In this document: positions 8,830-18,232 of the stretch, one piece after another | Layout of the letters: each line of letters opens with the position of its first letter | Numbering within the stretch: position 1 is the first letter of the stretch | Source of the DNA: Hyphomicrobiaceae bacterium | GTDB lineage: Bacteria; Pseudomonadota; Alphaproteobacteria; Rhizobiales; Hyphomicrobiaceae | Reading direction: 5' to 3' | DNA: 64,000 nt | Assembly: GCA_021730785.1 (NCBI GenBank) | Contig: JAKFWF010000049.1 | Span: 136,025 to 200,024 of the forward strand | The notes under the pieces: generated by a model | What the model was told of the DNA's origin: nothing | Seen by the model: the letters and a program-made list of their open reading frames with translations, nothing else | Databases searched by the model: none | Made by a program: the position numbers and the translations under genes

Positions 8830-9948
8830 TCAATACAAGGTCTCGAACAGGCGGCGCTGCAGGTTCATGCGCGGCTCCAGGGAGGAAGCCAGCATGTGCT
8901 CGTGCATCGTGTGGGCACCTTCGCCGTCGACACCGAGGCCGTCCAGCGTCGCAACGAACGGGGCCGTGAAATTGCCATCGCTGCCGCCACCCGACAGAAC
9001 GCCGGCGAGGTCGATGCCGAGATCCCGGGCCAGGCCCTTGGCATGGGCGAACAAGGCGGCGCCGGCCTCGTTCATTTCGTAGGGCGGCCGGTTGAGATTG
9101 CCGGTCACCTGCACGCTGACATCGGGATTGTGGGGCTTCAGCGCACGCAAGCGGGCCACGAAGTGCTCGGCATCGGCCATGGTCTTGACCCGCATGTCGA
9201 TCGTTACCTCGCATCGGGCCGGCACCACGTTGTCGGCCGTGCCGCCCATGATCTGGCCGACGTTGAACGTTACGCCGCGGGCATAGTCCGTCATGCCCTC
9301 GATATCGATGACATGGCGGGCCATTTCCAGGATGGCGCTGCGGCCGTCCTGGTGCCGCGCGCCGGAGTGGGCGGGGCGGCCATGGGTCGTCAGAACATAC
9401 CGGGCGACGCCCTTGCGTGAGGTCACGATTTTTCCGCCGTCGCGCGCCGGCTCCGTCACCAGCACATACTTGGCGTTGCGGGCCTGCGCTTCGATCAGGG
9501 CGCGCGACGAGGGACTGCCGATCTCCTCATCCGACGTGTAGAGGAACCGCAGCGGCAACGGCGTGGTGCGCCCGCCCCGGGTGATCGCCTGGTAGGCTGC
9601 GAACGCCAGGTACGCGCCGCCCTTCATGTCGTAGATGCCGGGACCGTAGACGCGATCGCCCTCGACGCGGACGGCGAGTTCCTTGATCGTGCCGCGCGGA
9701 TGCACCGTGTCGAGATGGCACAGCACCAGGATGCCGGGTCCGTGCCCACCCCAGGGGGCCGATACCGACAGGAGGTCGCCGAGCCCGTCGCGCCCCGCAA
9801 TGCGTTCGACCTTGGCGCCCGCCTCGGTCCAGCCGCGCGCGCACAAATCCATCATGCGATTGACGCCGGCGCTGTCGGCGGTGTGGCTCTCGATCTCGAC
9901 CCAGCCGCGGATCCCCTCGATCATTTCAGCTGTGGTGGGCGCGGTCAT
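8830..9948 (-). CDS. M20 family metallopeptidase (carboxypeptidase G2 / ArgE-DapE-like)
   Basis: Metal-site blocks are present: LVLCHLDTVHP, GPGIYDMKGG, LYTSDEEIGSP and a C-terminal GEGAHTMHE. Its ATG overlaps the stop of the downstream DMT gene (ATGA). Confidence 0.85.
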   Translation of the reverse strand: MTAPTTAEMIEGIRGWVEIESHTADSAGVNRMMDLCARGWTEAGAKVERIAGRDGLGDLLSVSAPWGGHGPGILVLCHLDTVHPRGTIKELAVRVEGDRVYGPGIYDMKGGAYLAFAAYQAITRGGRTTPLPLRFLYTSDEEIGSPSSRALIEAQARNAKYVLVTEPARDGGKIVTSRKGVARYVLTTHGRPAHSGARHQDGRSAILEMARHVIDIEGMTDYARGVTFNVGQIMGGTADNVVPARCEVTIDMRVKTMADAEHFVARLRALKPHNPDVSVQVTGNLNRPPYEMNEAGAALFAHAKGLARDLGIDLAGVLSGGGSDGNFTAPFVATLDGLGVDGEGAHTMHEHMLASSLEPRMNLQRRLFETLY

Positions 9949-10901
9949 GCCTTCGTCTCCTCGGTCGTCGTTGCCGGCACCTGCCGCGCACGCTCGCGTG
10001 CACTCGCCTGATGTTGTTCGCGCACAGTAATGAAGAAAGCGGCGGCAATGATCAGCGCCGCGCCGAGCCAGGTGCTAAGCGTCGGGATCTCGCCGAACAG
10101 CCAATAGCCCCAGGACGCCATCCAAATCAGGCGCAGATAGTCGGCCGGCATGGAAACGGCGACGTCGGCGATGCGCAGTGCCTTCACATACCCGTAGTTG
10201 CCGATCGCCGCGGTGACACCCATGCCAAAGAGGCACAGCCAAACCTCGGCCGATGGCATGGTCCAGACCGATAGCGTGCCGAGGAAGGCGAGCGGCAGGA
10301 TCATCAGAGGCTGATAGAAGGTGATCGTGGTAACGCTGTCGTACTTGGCGAGCGCCTTCGACATCAGTAGCGACCCAGCCCACAGCGCACTGGAGGCGGC
10401 CGCCGCGATCGCTGCCCACGACAGCACGCCGGCCCCCGGTTTCAGCACGATCAATGCGCCGATCAGCCCGACGATGACCGCGGCCCACCGGTAGATGCCG
10501 ACCTTTTCACCAAGCCACAGGGCGGCGCCCAGCGTGACGAAGATCGCCGTGGTGAAGCTCAACGCGCCGGCGTCCGCCAGCGGCATCTGGCCGAGCGCAT
10601 AGTACCAGGTGGTGATGGAACAGACGCCGACCAGACCGCGGGCGATCTGCAGCTGCAAATTGTTGGTGCGCCATGACACCTGCCCGGGCCGGAATACGAT
10701 CGGCAAGGTCACGAGGATCGTGAAGAGCGAGCGCAGGAACACGATCTCGATGGTTGGAATATGCGGGCTCACGTAGCGCACGCCGATATGCAGGAGCGAC
10801 GACATGATGCCGGCCAGCAGCATCAGCAACACGGCGGTCACAACCGCGCTGCGGCCGAACAGCGTGCCGTCTTCCCCTGCTTTGAGTGCCGGCGTCGGCA
10901 T
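9945..10901 (-). CDS. DMT superfamily (EamA-like) transporter
   Basis: About ten hydrophobic segments arranged as two EamA-like halves. ATG start at 10901. Confidence 0.85.
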   Translation of the reverse strand: MPTPALKAGEDGTLFGRSAVVTAVLLMLLAGIMSSLLHIGVRYVSPHIPTIEIVFLRSLFTILVTLPIVFRPGQVSWRTNNLQLQIARGLVGVCSITTWYYALGQMPLADAGALSFTTAIFVTLGAALWLGEKVGIYRWAAVIVGLIGALIVLKPGAGVLSWAAIAAAASSALWAGSLLMSKALAKYDSVTTITFYQPLMILPLAFLGTLSVWTMPSAEVWLCLFGMGVTAAIGNYGYVKALRIADVAVSMPADYLRLIWMASWGYWLFGEIPTLSTWLGAALIIAAAFFITVREQHQASARERARQVPATTTEETKA

Positions 10902-11334
10902 TACGCTGGATATCCTTGTCGGTCCCGCCGCATCAAAGCCCGGAGCGCCCTGTTACGCCAGCAGCTTGGCGCGCACCAGTGCTGCACTGAACTCATGCGT
11001 CGGAGTGTCGCCCGGCAGCGGCTGAGCGCACGACGACCCACGGCCGTCGACCCGGCGCTGGCCGGGACCCAACAACGTCTGGGCCCGCCCACGCGCCGTG
11101 CCTCGACGGTCTCGGCAGTCCGGGTCATGGCACCGCTAACGCTGCGCCCTCTGCTTGCCCCCTTGCTTCCTTGGTCAGTTTCTTTGTTCGACTTGAAGCC
11201 CGGCTCGAAGCCCCGACCCGCACATCCAACACGGCGGCGCGCGCAGGGGCGGTCAAGGACGCGCACTTGCGCGCCCGGGAGGGCTTGTCCTTGAGGGCCC
11301 CGAGCACGCGGCCAGGATCGGGTGCGTCGCGGCT

Positions 11335-11427
11335 GATCGCCTCCCCACCGGCAGCAAACGTGGCCAGCCGATGCGGCCCGAGGAACACGCTCAGTCTCCC
11401 CTCCGCATACTCGTGGATCCGCACAAG
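11335..11427 (-). pseudogene. C-terminal remnant of an ISNCY/ISKra4-type DDE transposase
   Basis: The peptide LVRIHEYAEGRLSVFLGPHRLATFAAGGEAI resembles the conserved tail of ISNCY-type transposases (V.V.E..DG.L.....G..L......GE). There is no catalytic domain, no inverted repeats, and the surrounding 660 bp has no intact gene. Confidence 0.3.
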
Positions 11428-11562
11428 CGCCTTGACGAAATGCGGCAGCGAATATCTCGAGAAGAAGGAGGCGCGCGATACGGGCGCTTTCAAGCGGGCG
11501 CGCGAGGTGTCGTGTGCGGTCGATCAGTTGCGGCTGACGTGGGCGCAGCCTCTCGACCTTGC

Positions 11563-12726
11563 TCACCGCGGGTTGCGCGTGACGCCGGCCTCGCCGAGCA
11601 CCTCGTCCGTGTGCTGGCCGAGGTCGGGCGCCGGCCGGCGGACGCGGCAGGGCGTCTGCGAGAACTTCAGCGGGAAGCCGATCATGCGCACGGTGCCGTG
11701 GCCGGGATGCGGCACGTCGATCGCCATGTCCTGGGAGGCGATCTGCGGATCGGTGAACACGCCGGCCAGGTCGTGCACCGGACCGCATGGGATGCCGGCC
11801 CCATTCAGCGTCTCGATCCAGTGGGCGGCGGTGCGCTGGCGCAGCACGCCTTCGACGATGCCATTGAGCCGCTCGCGGTTGCGCACCCGCATCGGGTTCG
11901 ACGCGAAGGCCGGGTCGCGCTTCACACCGGAAAGGTCGAGCGCGTCCATCAGGCGGCCGAAGAACACGTCATCGTTGGGGGCGACCGCGATCGGCTCGTC
12001 CTTGGTTGGAAACAGGCCGTAGGGGGCTGCGATCGGGTGGTCGTTGCCGCTGCGGGCCGGCACTTCGCCGGTCGCGAAGTAGTTGGCGGCGAGATAGGCG
12101 TGTAGGCTGACCATGCCGCTGGTCATGCTGACGTCGACGCGGTTGCCGCCGCCGTGGCGCTCGCGGCCGAGGAGGGCCGCCGTCAGCCCGAGCGCGCAGT
12201 AGATGCCGGCGACAAGGTCGCTGATCGGCGGGCCGGAGCGCAGCGGCGGGTCGCCGGCACGGCCGTTGGTGCTCATGAAGCCGCTCATGGCCTGGGCGAT
12301 GAAGTCAAAGGCCGGGCGATCCTTGTAGGGGCCGTCGGCGCCAAAGCCGCTGATGCTGCCAACGACGAGGCCGGGCCGCAGGTCCTGCAAACGGGCCTCC
12401 GGATAGCCGAGCCGGTCGAGCACGCCGGGACGGAAGTTCTCGACCAGGGCGTCGGCCGATTGGATCAGCGCGTCAAGGGCGCTTTTGCCGTCAGCCGACT
12501 TGAGATCGAGGACGACGGAGCGCTTGTTGCGGTTGAAACCGGCGAAGTACCAGCTCAGCCCCTCGACCTTCGCCCCTTGCGTGCGCACGCTGTCGCCTTC
12601 GGGCGACTCGATCTTGATCACGTCGGCACCGAGATCGCCCAGGATCATGGTGCAGAATGGCCCCGACAGCACGCGCGTCAGATCGATGATGCGGAGGCCG
12701 GCGAGCGGCTGCGGCTGGGCAGTCAT
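11563..12726 (-). CDS. family III CoA-transferase (CaiB/BaiF-like)
   Basis: GLRIIDLTRVLSGPFCTMILGDLGADVIKIE near the N-terminus and a conserved Asp region (GFGADGPYKDRPAFDFIAQAMSG). The start is set at the ATG at 12726; the track ORF extends to 12903. Confidence 0.9.
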   Translation of the reverse strand: MTAQPQPLAGLRIIDLTRVLSGPFCTMILGDLGADVIKIESPEGDSVRTQGAKVEGLSWYFAGFNRNKRSVVLDLKSADGKSALDALIQSADALVENFRPGVLDRLGYPEARLQDLRPGLVVGSISGFGADGPYKDRPAFDFIAQAMSGFMSTNGRAGDPPLRSGPPISDLVAGIYCALGLTAALLGRERHGGGNRVDVSMTSGMVSLHAYLAANYFATGEVPARSGNDHPIAAPYGLFPTKDEPIAVAPNDDVFFGRLMDALDLSGVKRDPAFASNPMRVRNRERLNGIVEGVLRQRTAAHWIETLNGAGIPCGPVHDLAGVFTDPQIASQDMAIDVPHPGHGTVRMIGFPLKFSQTPCRVRRPAPDLGQHTDEVLGEAGVTRNPR

Positions 12727-13089
12727 GGGGAGTGGCTCCGGTCGGTCGAGGCGGCAGGCCTCACTATTGCATGCGCCTGTGCCCCGTGCCCCGGCAGGAT
12801 ATCGCATGATTGATGCGCTGGAACTGCGCACCGCGGGGGTGCTGTGCTTGCAGTTTCGTCCGTGCAGCGACGCCCGATGCTCGTCGCCAAAACAGTGGCA
12901 CAAGCGCCACGTCGTAAAAAATGCTCGCGACCCACATGGACTAATTGCGACTTAAGTCCGTACTATCTGCAGGTCAGCTATGCCGGAAGGGCTGGTCCCC
13001 GACTGACTAAGCACGTTCCCCGCAAGGGGCGCGTGGCAGCCGGAAAACACAAAGTGAATGAACAACACCCGTAGACCTGGAGAATTCAA

Positions 13090-13278
13090 ATGCGCGCACT
13101 CAAGATCGCACTGGCAGTTGCCTTCGCCTCGGCCAGCATGCTGACGGTTTCCGCAGTCGGCTCGATGGGCACCGCCGAAGCCGCGGCCAAGACGGCGAAG
13201 GCCGCGAAGCCCCAGCCCGGCAAGTGCGGCGTTGGCAAGTTCTACGACAAGAAGAAGAAGGACTGCGTCTCGAAGTAA
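13090..13278 (+). CDS. small secreted cationic peptide with one Cys pair (62-aa precursor)
   Basis: GGAGA lies 7 nt upstream of the ATG and third-position GC is high. The signal peptide is MRALKIALAVAFASASMLTVSAVGSMGTAEA and the mature part is AAKTAKAAKPQPGKCGVGKFYDKKKKDCVSK. Confidence 0.65.
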   Translation: MRALKIALAVAFASASMLTVSAVGSMGTAEAAAKTAKAAKPQPGKCGVGKFYDKKKKDCVSK

Positions 13279-13335
13279 CGCCAATCGATGTTTGCTGCCC
13301 TGCCGTAAGGCAAGGGCACGAAGCGTAAATCACGG

Positions 13336-13383
13336 GTAGAGCCCGGTTGCGACATCCCACGCAACGGGCTCTGCTCGTATTTG
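13336..13383 (+). terminator. putative rho-independent terminator
   Basis: The imperfect 15-16-bp GC-rich stem GTAGAGCCCGGTTGCG / CGCAACGGGCTCTGC has an 8-nt loop and is followed by TCGTATTTGG. It lies between two convergent genes. Confidence 0.4.
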
Positions 13384-13446
13384 GCGTTTGCGCACTTTGC
13401 GAGCTTCGCATCTGTTCGGTCGACCGCATTCGCACAAATGGAAGCG

Positions 13447-14604
13447 CTAAAGCTTCCCGACATGCGCCGCTTCGAACAACCGCAGGCTTGCTGCTTGGTC
13501 GAGCGGCATGGGATTGCCGCCGGCCGTCGGGTCGTTGGGCGCCATGCGGCTCATCAGATCGAACTTGCCCGCGTCGACTTTGAACGCGGCGAGCGTGTGC
13601 GGCACGCCGGTCTCGGCGCGCAGCTGCAGTATCCAGTCGAGGAACGGCGTGAAACCCGGCTTCAAGCCGAGGTAGGCACCGAGCCGATTGATCTTGTCCT
13701 CGATCGCCGGCCGGTTGAACACCAGCACATAGGGCATGAACACCGCATTCGTCATGCCGTGGTGCGTGTCGTACAGCGCGCCCACCGGATGCGACAGCGC
13801 ATGAATCGCACCCAGAGCCTTCTGGAATGCAGTCGCGCCCATGGCCGCGGCCGACATCATGTGGGCACGTGCCTCGATATCGGTGCCATCCTTAGCGACC
13901 CGCGGCAGATTTTCCTTCGCGAGCCGCAGGCCCTCTGCGGCGATGCCATCGGCGAGCGGATGATAAGTGGGCCCGAAATAGGCCTCCAGGCAATGCGCAA
14001 TCGCATCCATGCCGGTACCGACGGTGATGAAGCGGGGCATGCCGACGGTCAGTTCGGGATCGCAGATCACGACCTTCGGCATCATCAGCGGGTGGAAGAT
14101 CACCTTCTTAGTGTGCGTCGTCTCATCCGTGATGACGCCGGCGCGGCCGACCTCGGAGCCGGTGCCGGCCGTGGTGGGCACGGCGACGATGGGGAAAATG
14201 CCGGCAGGATCAGCGCGCGTCCACCAGTCGCCGACATCCTCGAAGTCCCACATAGGGCGCGATTGGCCGGCCATGAAGGCAATGACCTTGCCGGCGTCGA
14301 GCGCCGAGCCGCCGCCAAATGCCACGACGCCATCGTTCCCGCCGGCCTTGAGGGCTGCGACACCGGCTGCGATATTGGCTGCGATCGGGTTTGGTTTCAC
14401 ATCGCTGAACACGGTGGCCTTGAGGCCGGCAGCTTCGAGGACACCGAGCGCGGTCGCGGCAATCGGCAATCCGGCGACCACCGGGTCGGTCACGAACAGC
14501 GGACGCTGCATGCCGGCCCCCTTCGCCGCCGCGCCGAGTTCCGCGATCCGGCCCGCGCCGAACCTGATCGAGGTCGGATAACTCCAATTGCCGGTGAGGT
14601 TCAT
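13447..14604 (-). CDS. iron-containing (group III) alcohol dehydrogenase
   Basis: GGGSALDAGK nucleotide-binding motif and metal-site His blocks (DAIAHCLE, HALSHPVGALYDTHHG). Confidence 0.9.
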   Translation of the reverse strand: MNLTGNWSYPTSIRFGAGRIAELGAAAKGAGMQRPLFVTDPVVAGLPIAATALGVLEAAGLKATVFSDVKPNPIAANIAAGVAALKAGGNDGVVAFGGGSALDAGKVIAFMAGQSRPMWDFEDVGDWWTRADPAGIFPIVAVPTTAGTGSEVGRAGVITDETTHTKKVIFHPLMMPKVVICDPELTVGMPRFITVGTGMDAIAHCLEAYFGPTYHPLADGIAAEGLRLAKENLPRVAKDGTDIEARAHMMSAAAMGATAFQKALGAIHALSHPVGALYDTHHGMTNAVFMPYVLVFNRPAIEDKINRLGAYLGLKPGFTPFLDWILQLRAETGVPHTLAAFKVDAGKFDLMSRMAPNDPTAGGNPMPLDQAASLRLFEAAHVGKL

Positions 14605-14755
14605 CTCTGGTCATTCCCGTTGACAGGTTCGAGACGATCGAGGGCACTGCCGTCGAACACCCGCCAAGGCGTGACGCCTTGGAACCCTCTTGTAAAGCGG
14701 GTCCAGGGCCCGAGGTCCTGGTCCGGCCGAAGGCCCCTTACCGATCGCTCCGCGC

Positions 14756-15406
14756 TCAGAAATGCGCGTTGAACGCGATGCAGGTCCGCACGCCCGGGCC
14801 GCGGAAGGGGATGACCGCGTGCTCATAGTAGGAGGGAAACAGGATCATCATGCCCGGTTCCGGCGGCACGACGATTTCCGTGATCTGGTTCTGCACCGGG
14901 TTCATGTGGGCCCTAGGGCGTGGATCACTGAACATGATCGCCCCGCCGGGCTTCGCCTTCGAACCGCCGAGCTGGCCGGACGGGATCACCGGGTAGTACA
15001 CGCCGCTGATCTTGGCATCGGGATGGACATGCTGTGAGTTGCCGTCGCCTTCCCGCATGTTGATGCCCCAGCCCCACATGCGGATCTTGAGGTCCTTAGG
15101 CGGTTCGGCGCAATTGTCCTTGAAGTAGCGGTCGATGTACTCCTTCACCGCCACCCCGATCATTTCACGCAGCATCAGGATTTCCGGCTCAGGGCGGTTC
15201 ATGAGCTTACTGTCGGAGTGGAAGCCGCCGATGTTGGTCGTCTCGTCGGCGACGTTCTTGGCTTCTTTCTCGAGCTTGGTGACGAGTTCACCCAACGCTG
15301 CATTCAGCGCGTCGACTTCCTGGTACTTGCGCGTCATTAGCAGCGTTGGGAACTGGACTTCGACCTCGGAAGACTTCAGTTTCGGCTTGGACAACATACG
15401 AACCAT
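14756..15406 (-). CDS. putative 2OG-Fe(II) oxygenase family protein (TIGR02466 / 2OG-FeII_Oxy_5-like)
   Basis: MWGWGINMREGDGNSQHVHPDAKISGVYY ... FSDPR ... GMMILFPSYYEHAVIPF ... RTCIAFN. The ATG at 15406 is preceded by GAGAGGG. The track ORF extends to 15547. Confidence 0.75.
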   Translation of the reverse strand: MVRMLSKPKLKSSEVEVQFPTLLMTRKYQEVDALNAALGELVTKLEKEAKNVADETTNIGGFHSDSKLMNRPEPEILMLREMIGVAVKEYIDRYFKDNCAEPPKDLKIRMWGWGINMREGDGNSQHVHPDAKISGVYYPVIPSGQLGGSKAKPGGAIMFSDPRPRAHMNPVQNQITEIVVPPEPGMMILFPSYYEHAVIPFRGPGVRTCIAFNAHF

Positions 15407-15586
15407 GTTCAACCCTCTCGTTCCTGGCCATACTTCAGCGACCGGGAGGCTCCACACCAAGGCGTGCCGCGACGCTGCGACCCTTCGACCGGCACAATAT
15501 GAAGACCACCGCCTGAAAACAAGAGTAAGCCGAGCCCCGGCTGGCAACAGTTCAGATCGTCGAGCAACGAAAAAGTGCCCACCCCC

Positions 15587-16459
15587 ATGACCGAGCCCCG
15601 CATCCGCCCGACCCCCGACGATCCGCGTCTATCGAGGCTGGTCGCCGGCGTCGATCAGACCGGGGCTGCAATCGAAACCTCGGTCGTCACGGAGCGGCCG
15701 CTGACGCTGTTCCTCAACGCGCGCGAAATCGTGACCATGATGACGATCGGCGATCACCCCGATCTGCTGGCGGTCGGCTACCTCCTGAACCAGAACATGC
15801 TGAAGACCGACGACGAGATCACCGCGATCGAGCACGCGGAAGACATCGACACGATCGTGGTGCGCACCAAGCGCCAGACCGACTACGAGGACAAGCTCAA
15901 GAAGAAGACCCAGACCTCGGGCTGCGCCCAGGGCACCGTGTTCGGCGACCTGATGGAGGAGTTCGACCGCATCGAACTCAACCCTGACGCGCGCCTGAAA
16001 ACGTCATGGCTCTATGCGCTCACGAAGAAGATCAACACCGAGCCGAGCTTGTATCTGAAGGCCGGCGCGATCCACGGCTGCGTGCTGGCGCAAGAGGACC
16101 GCATACTGGTCTACATGGAGGACGTGGGCCGTCACAACGCCGTCGACAAGATCGCCGGCTACATGTTCCTCAACGGCATCGAGCCGCACGACAAGTTGTT
16201 CTACACCACGGGCCGGCTCACCTCCGAGATGGTGATCAAGACCGTAAAGATGCGCATCCCGATTTTGCTGTCGCGCTCGGGTTTCACCGCCTGGGGTGTC
16301 GATCTCGCCACCAAGGCCGGCCTCACTCTGGTTGGCCGCGCTCGGGGAAAGCGCTTCGTGGCGCTGGCCGGCATGAACCGCATAGTCTTCGATGCCGACT
16401 TGTCGCGCATGGAAGACGAGGGCCGCGAGCATCGCCGCAAGGGCGCTGCAGAGGACTGA
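15587..16459 (+). CDS. fdhD: formate dehydrogenase accessory sulfurtransferase FdhD
   Basis: The conserved Cys loop (TSGCAQG) and GAIHGC ... EDVGRHNAVDK ... LLSRSGFT blocks are present. The start is the ATG at 15587 or the GTG at 15575. Confidence 0.9.
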   Translation: MTEPRIRPTPDDPRLSRLVAGVDQTGAAIETSVVTERPLTLFLNAREIVTMMTIGDHPDLLAVGYLLNQNMLKTDDEITAIEHAEDIDTIVVRTKRQTDYEDKLKKKTQTSGCAQGTVFGDLMEEFDRIELNPDARLKTSWLYALTKKINTEPSLYLKAGAIHGCVLAQEDRILVYMEDVGRHNAVDKIAGYMFLNGIEPHDKLFYTTGRLTSEMVIKTVKMRIPILLSRSGFTAWGVDLATKAGLTLVGRARGKRFVALAGMNRIVFDADLSRMEDEGREHRRKGAAED

Positions 16460-16579
16460 TGTTGCAGGGCCGATCTGCACGTTTGCGCGAGACGGGCGTC
16501 AGAATTCCTGCAACATTTGGCCCAGCGAGGCAGTTCAACTGGAGCCGTCCCGCAAAAAAACGTTTCGGGAGGAAAATCC

Positions 16580-17581
16580 ATGTTCAGAACGACCACATTG
16601 GCAGCACTCGTTTCGGCAGTGGCGGCCCTTGCCGTTTTCGGCACCGACGCCGAGGCGCAGCAGCGCAAATTCACCTTCGCCTACGATCAGCCGAAGTCGA
16701 CCGGCTATGGCATCGCCGGCGACCTGTTCGATGCCAAGTTGAAGGAGCTTTCCGGCGGCCGCTTCAGCATCGACCAGTTTCCCGGCGCCCAGCTTGGCCA
16801 GGAGCCGGTTGCGTTGCTGAAGATCCGCTCGGGCGACATCGACTTCGCCATCACCTCGACGGCCAACTCTTCCACGGTTGCGCCCCAGGCCGGCGTTTTC
16901 TCGCTGCATTTCATCTTCCGCGACGAGAAGCACTTGACGACCGTGCTCGGCGATCCGGCCGTCACCGCCGCCTTCCGCGAGATGATCGCCGAGTCGGTGC
17001 AGGGCGGCCGGATCCTCGCCCTGATGACGCTCGGTTTGCGCAACATCTACAGCAAGAAGGAGGTCAAGAGCGTCGATGACTTGAAGGGCGTGAAGATCCG
17101 CGTCCAGGCGACCAAGACCGAGGACACGCATTTCCCCGCCTACGGCACGCAGACTGTGCACATGCCGTTCGGTGACGTCTATACCTCGCTGCAGACCGGC
17201 GTCGTCAATGCGGCCGAGAATGGCGTCAACGTGTATCTCGCCAACAAGCACTACGAGGTGGCGCCAGTTCTTTCGATGACCCAGCATGAGGCCAACAACA
17301 GCGTGATCTGGGTCAGCGACAAGGTCTGGAACAGCTTGAACGACCAGGAAAAGGGCTGGGTGCAGGCGGCGGCCACCTACGTCGGCCAGAACCAGCCGGC
17401 GCGCGCGCTGGCGCTCGAGACAGAGTCGGCCGAGAAGCTGAAGACGATCGGCGTCAAGGTGGTCGACGGCGTCGACAAGTCGGGCTTCATCAAGGCCGCC
17501 GAGCCGATCCAGGACAGCCTCGCCAAGGAGCTTGGACCGCACGCTGTGAAGATTCTCGGCATGGTGCGGGCGATCAAGTAG
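16580..17581 (+). CDS. TRAP transporter substrate-binding protein (DctP family)
   Basis: The ATG at 16580 is preceded by GGGAGG. It has a signal peptide (MFRTTTLAALVSAVAALAVFGTDAEA) and a DctP-like body. Cognate Q and M subunit genes follow. Confidence 0.9.
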   Translation: MFRTTTLAALVSAVAALAVFGTDAEAQQRKFTFAYDQPKSTGYGIAGDLFDAKLKELSGGRFSIDQFPGAQLGQEPVALLKIRSGDIDFAITSTANSSTVAPQAGVFSLHFIFRDEKHLTTVLGDPAVTAAFREMIAESVQGGRILALMTLGLRNIYSKKEVKSVDDLKGVKIRVQATKTEDTHFPAYGTQTVHMPFGDVYTSLQTGVVNAAENGVNVYLANKHYEVAPVLSMTQHEANNSVIWVSDKVWNSLNDQEKGWVQAAATYVGQNQPARALALETESAEKLKTIGVKVVDGVDKSGFIKAAEPIQDSLAKELGPHAVKILGMVRAIK

Positions 17582-17671
17582 CGGTGGTGCCGGCGGGCTG
17601 CGCACCTTCCTGTGCGGCCCCTGGCGTTCATTTGCCGTCCGATCAATCAGCGCTGAGCCCGGAGTTCGCCC

Positions 17672-18232
17672 GTGACCGAATGGTCCCTCGTCCTGCCTCG
17701 CCACCGGCACCTCAAGTGGCGCGGCCTCGACTGGCTGGAGGCCGCACTGATGATTGCCTGCGGCCTGTCGATCTTCTGCTTCACAGCGTCGGTGTTCTGC
17801 GATGTGGTGACCCGCACCATCGGCCGGCCATGGCTTTGGCTGCAGCTCGTCACCACCGGGTTCTTCACTTGGGGCGTCTTCATCGGCATGGCGGTTGCCG
17901 TGCGTCGCAACGACCATCTCTATCTGGTCGAGATCACCAAGCGCATGCGAGGTCCCAAGCGCACCTTCATGGAGGTATTCAACCGGGCCGTCGTGCTCGG
18001 CGTTGCGCTGTGCATGGTCTGGTTTGGCTACAAGAACGCGCTCGGCGACATGGGCAGCTTCCGGGCGCCCTCGCTGATCCCGCTCACGGTCTATACGGCA
18101 AGCGTGCCGATCTCGGGCGCGCTGATCGCGCTGTTCTGCCTCGAGCAGATGATCAACGGCTGGCAGCGGGGCTTCGAAGGGCCCGAGGATGACGAACTGG
18201 TCGTCCGCGAAGAAGAAAAGGCATCGCCATGA
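17672..18232 (+). CDS. TRAP transporter small permease (DctQ family)
   Basis: The GTG start is preceded by GGAG. It has four hydrophobic helices and its stop overlaps the dctM-like ATG (ATGA). Confidence 0.85.
   Translation: MTEWSLVLPRHRHLKWRGLDWLEAALMIACGLSIFCFTASVFCDVVTRTIGRPWLWLQLVTTGFFTWGVFIGMAVAVRRNDHLYLVEITKRMRGPKRTFMEVFNRAVVLGVALCMVWFGYKNALGDMGSFRAPSLIPLTVYTASVPISGALIALFCLEQMINGWQRGFEGPEDDELVVREEEKASP

Noticed and set aside
10901-11788. 295-aa Arg-rich minus-strand ORF
   Set aside because: It overlaps the 3' end of the CoA-transferase gene out of frame and runs through the degenerate spacer. Its composition is not protein-like.
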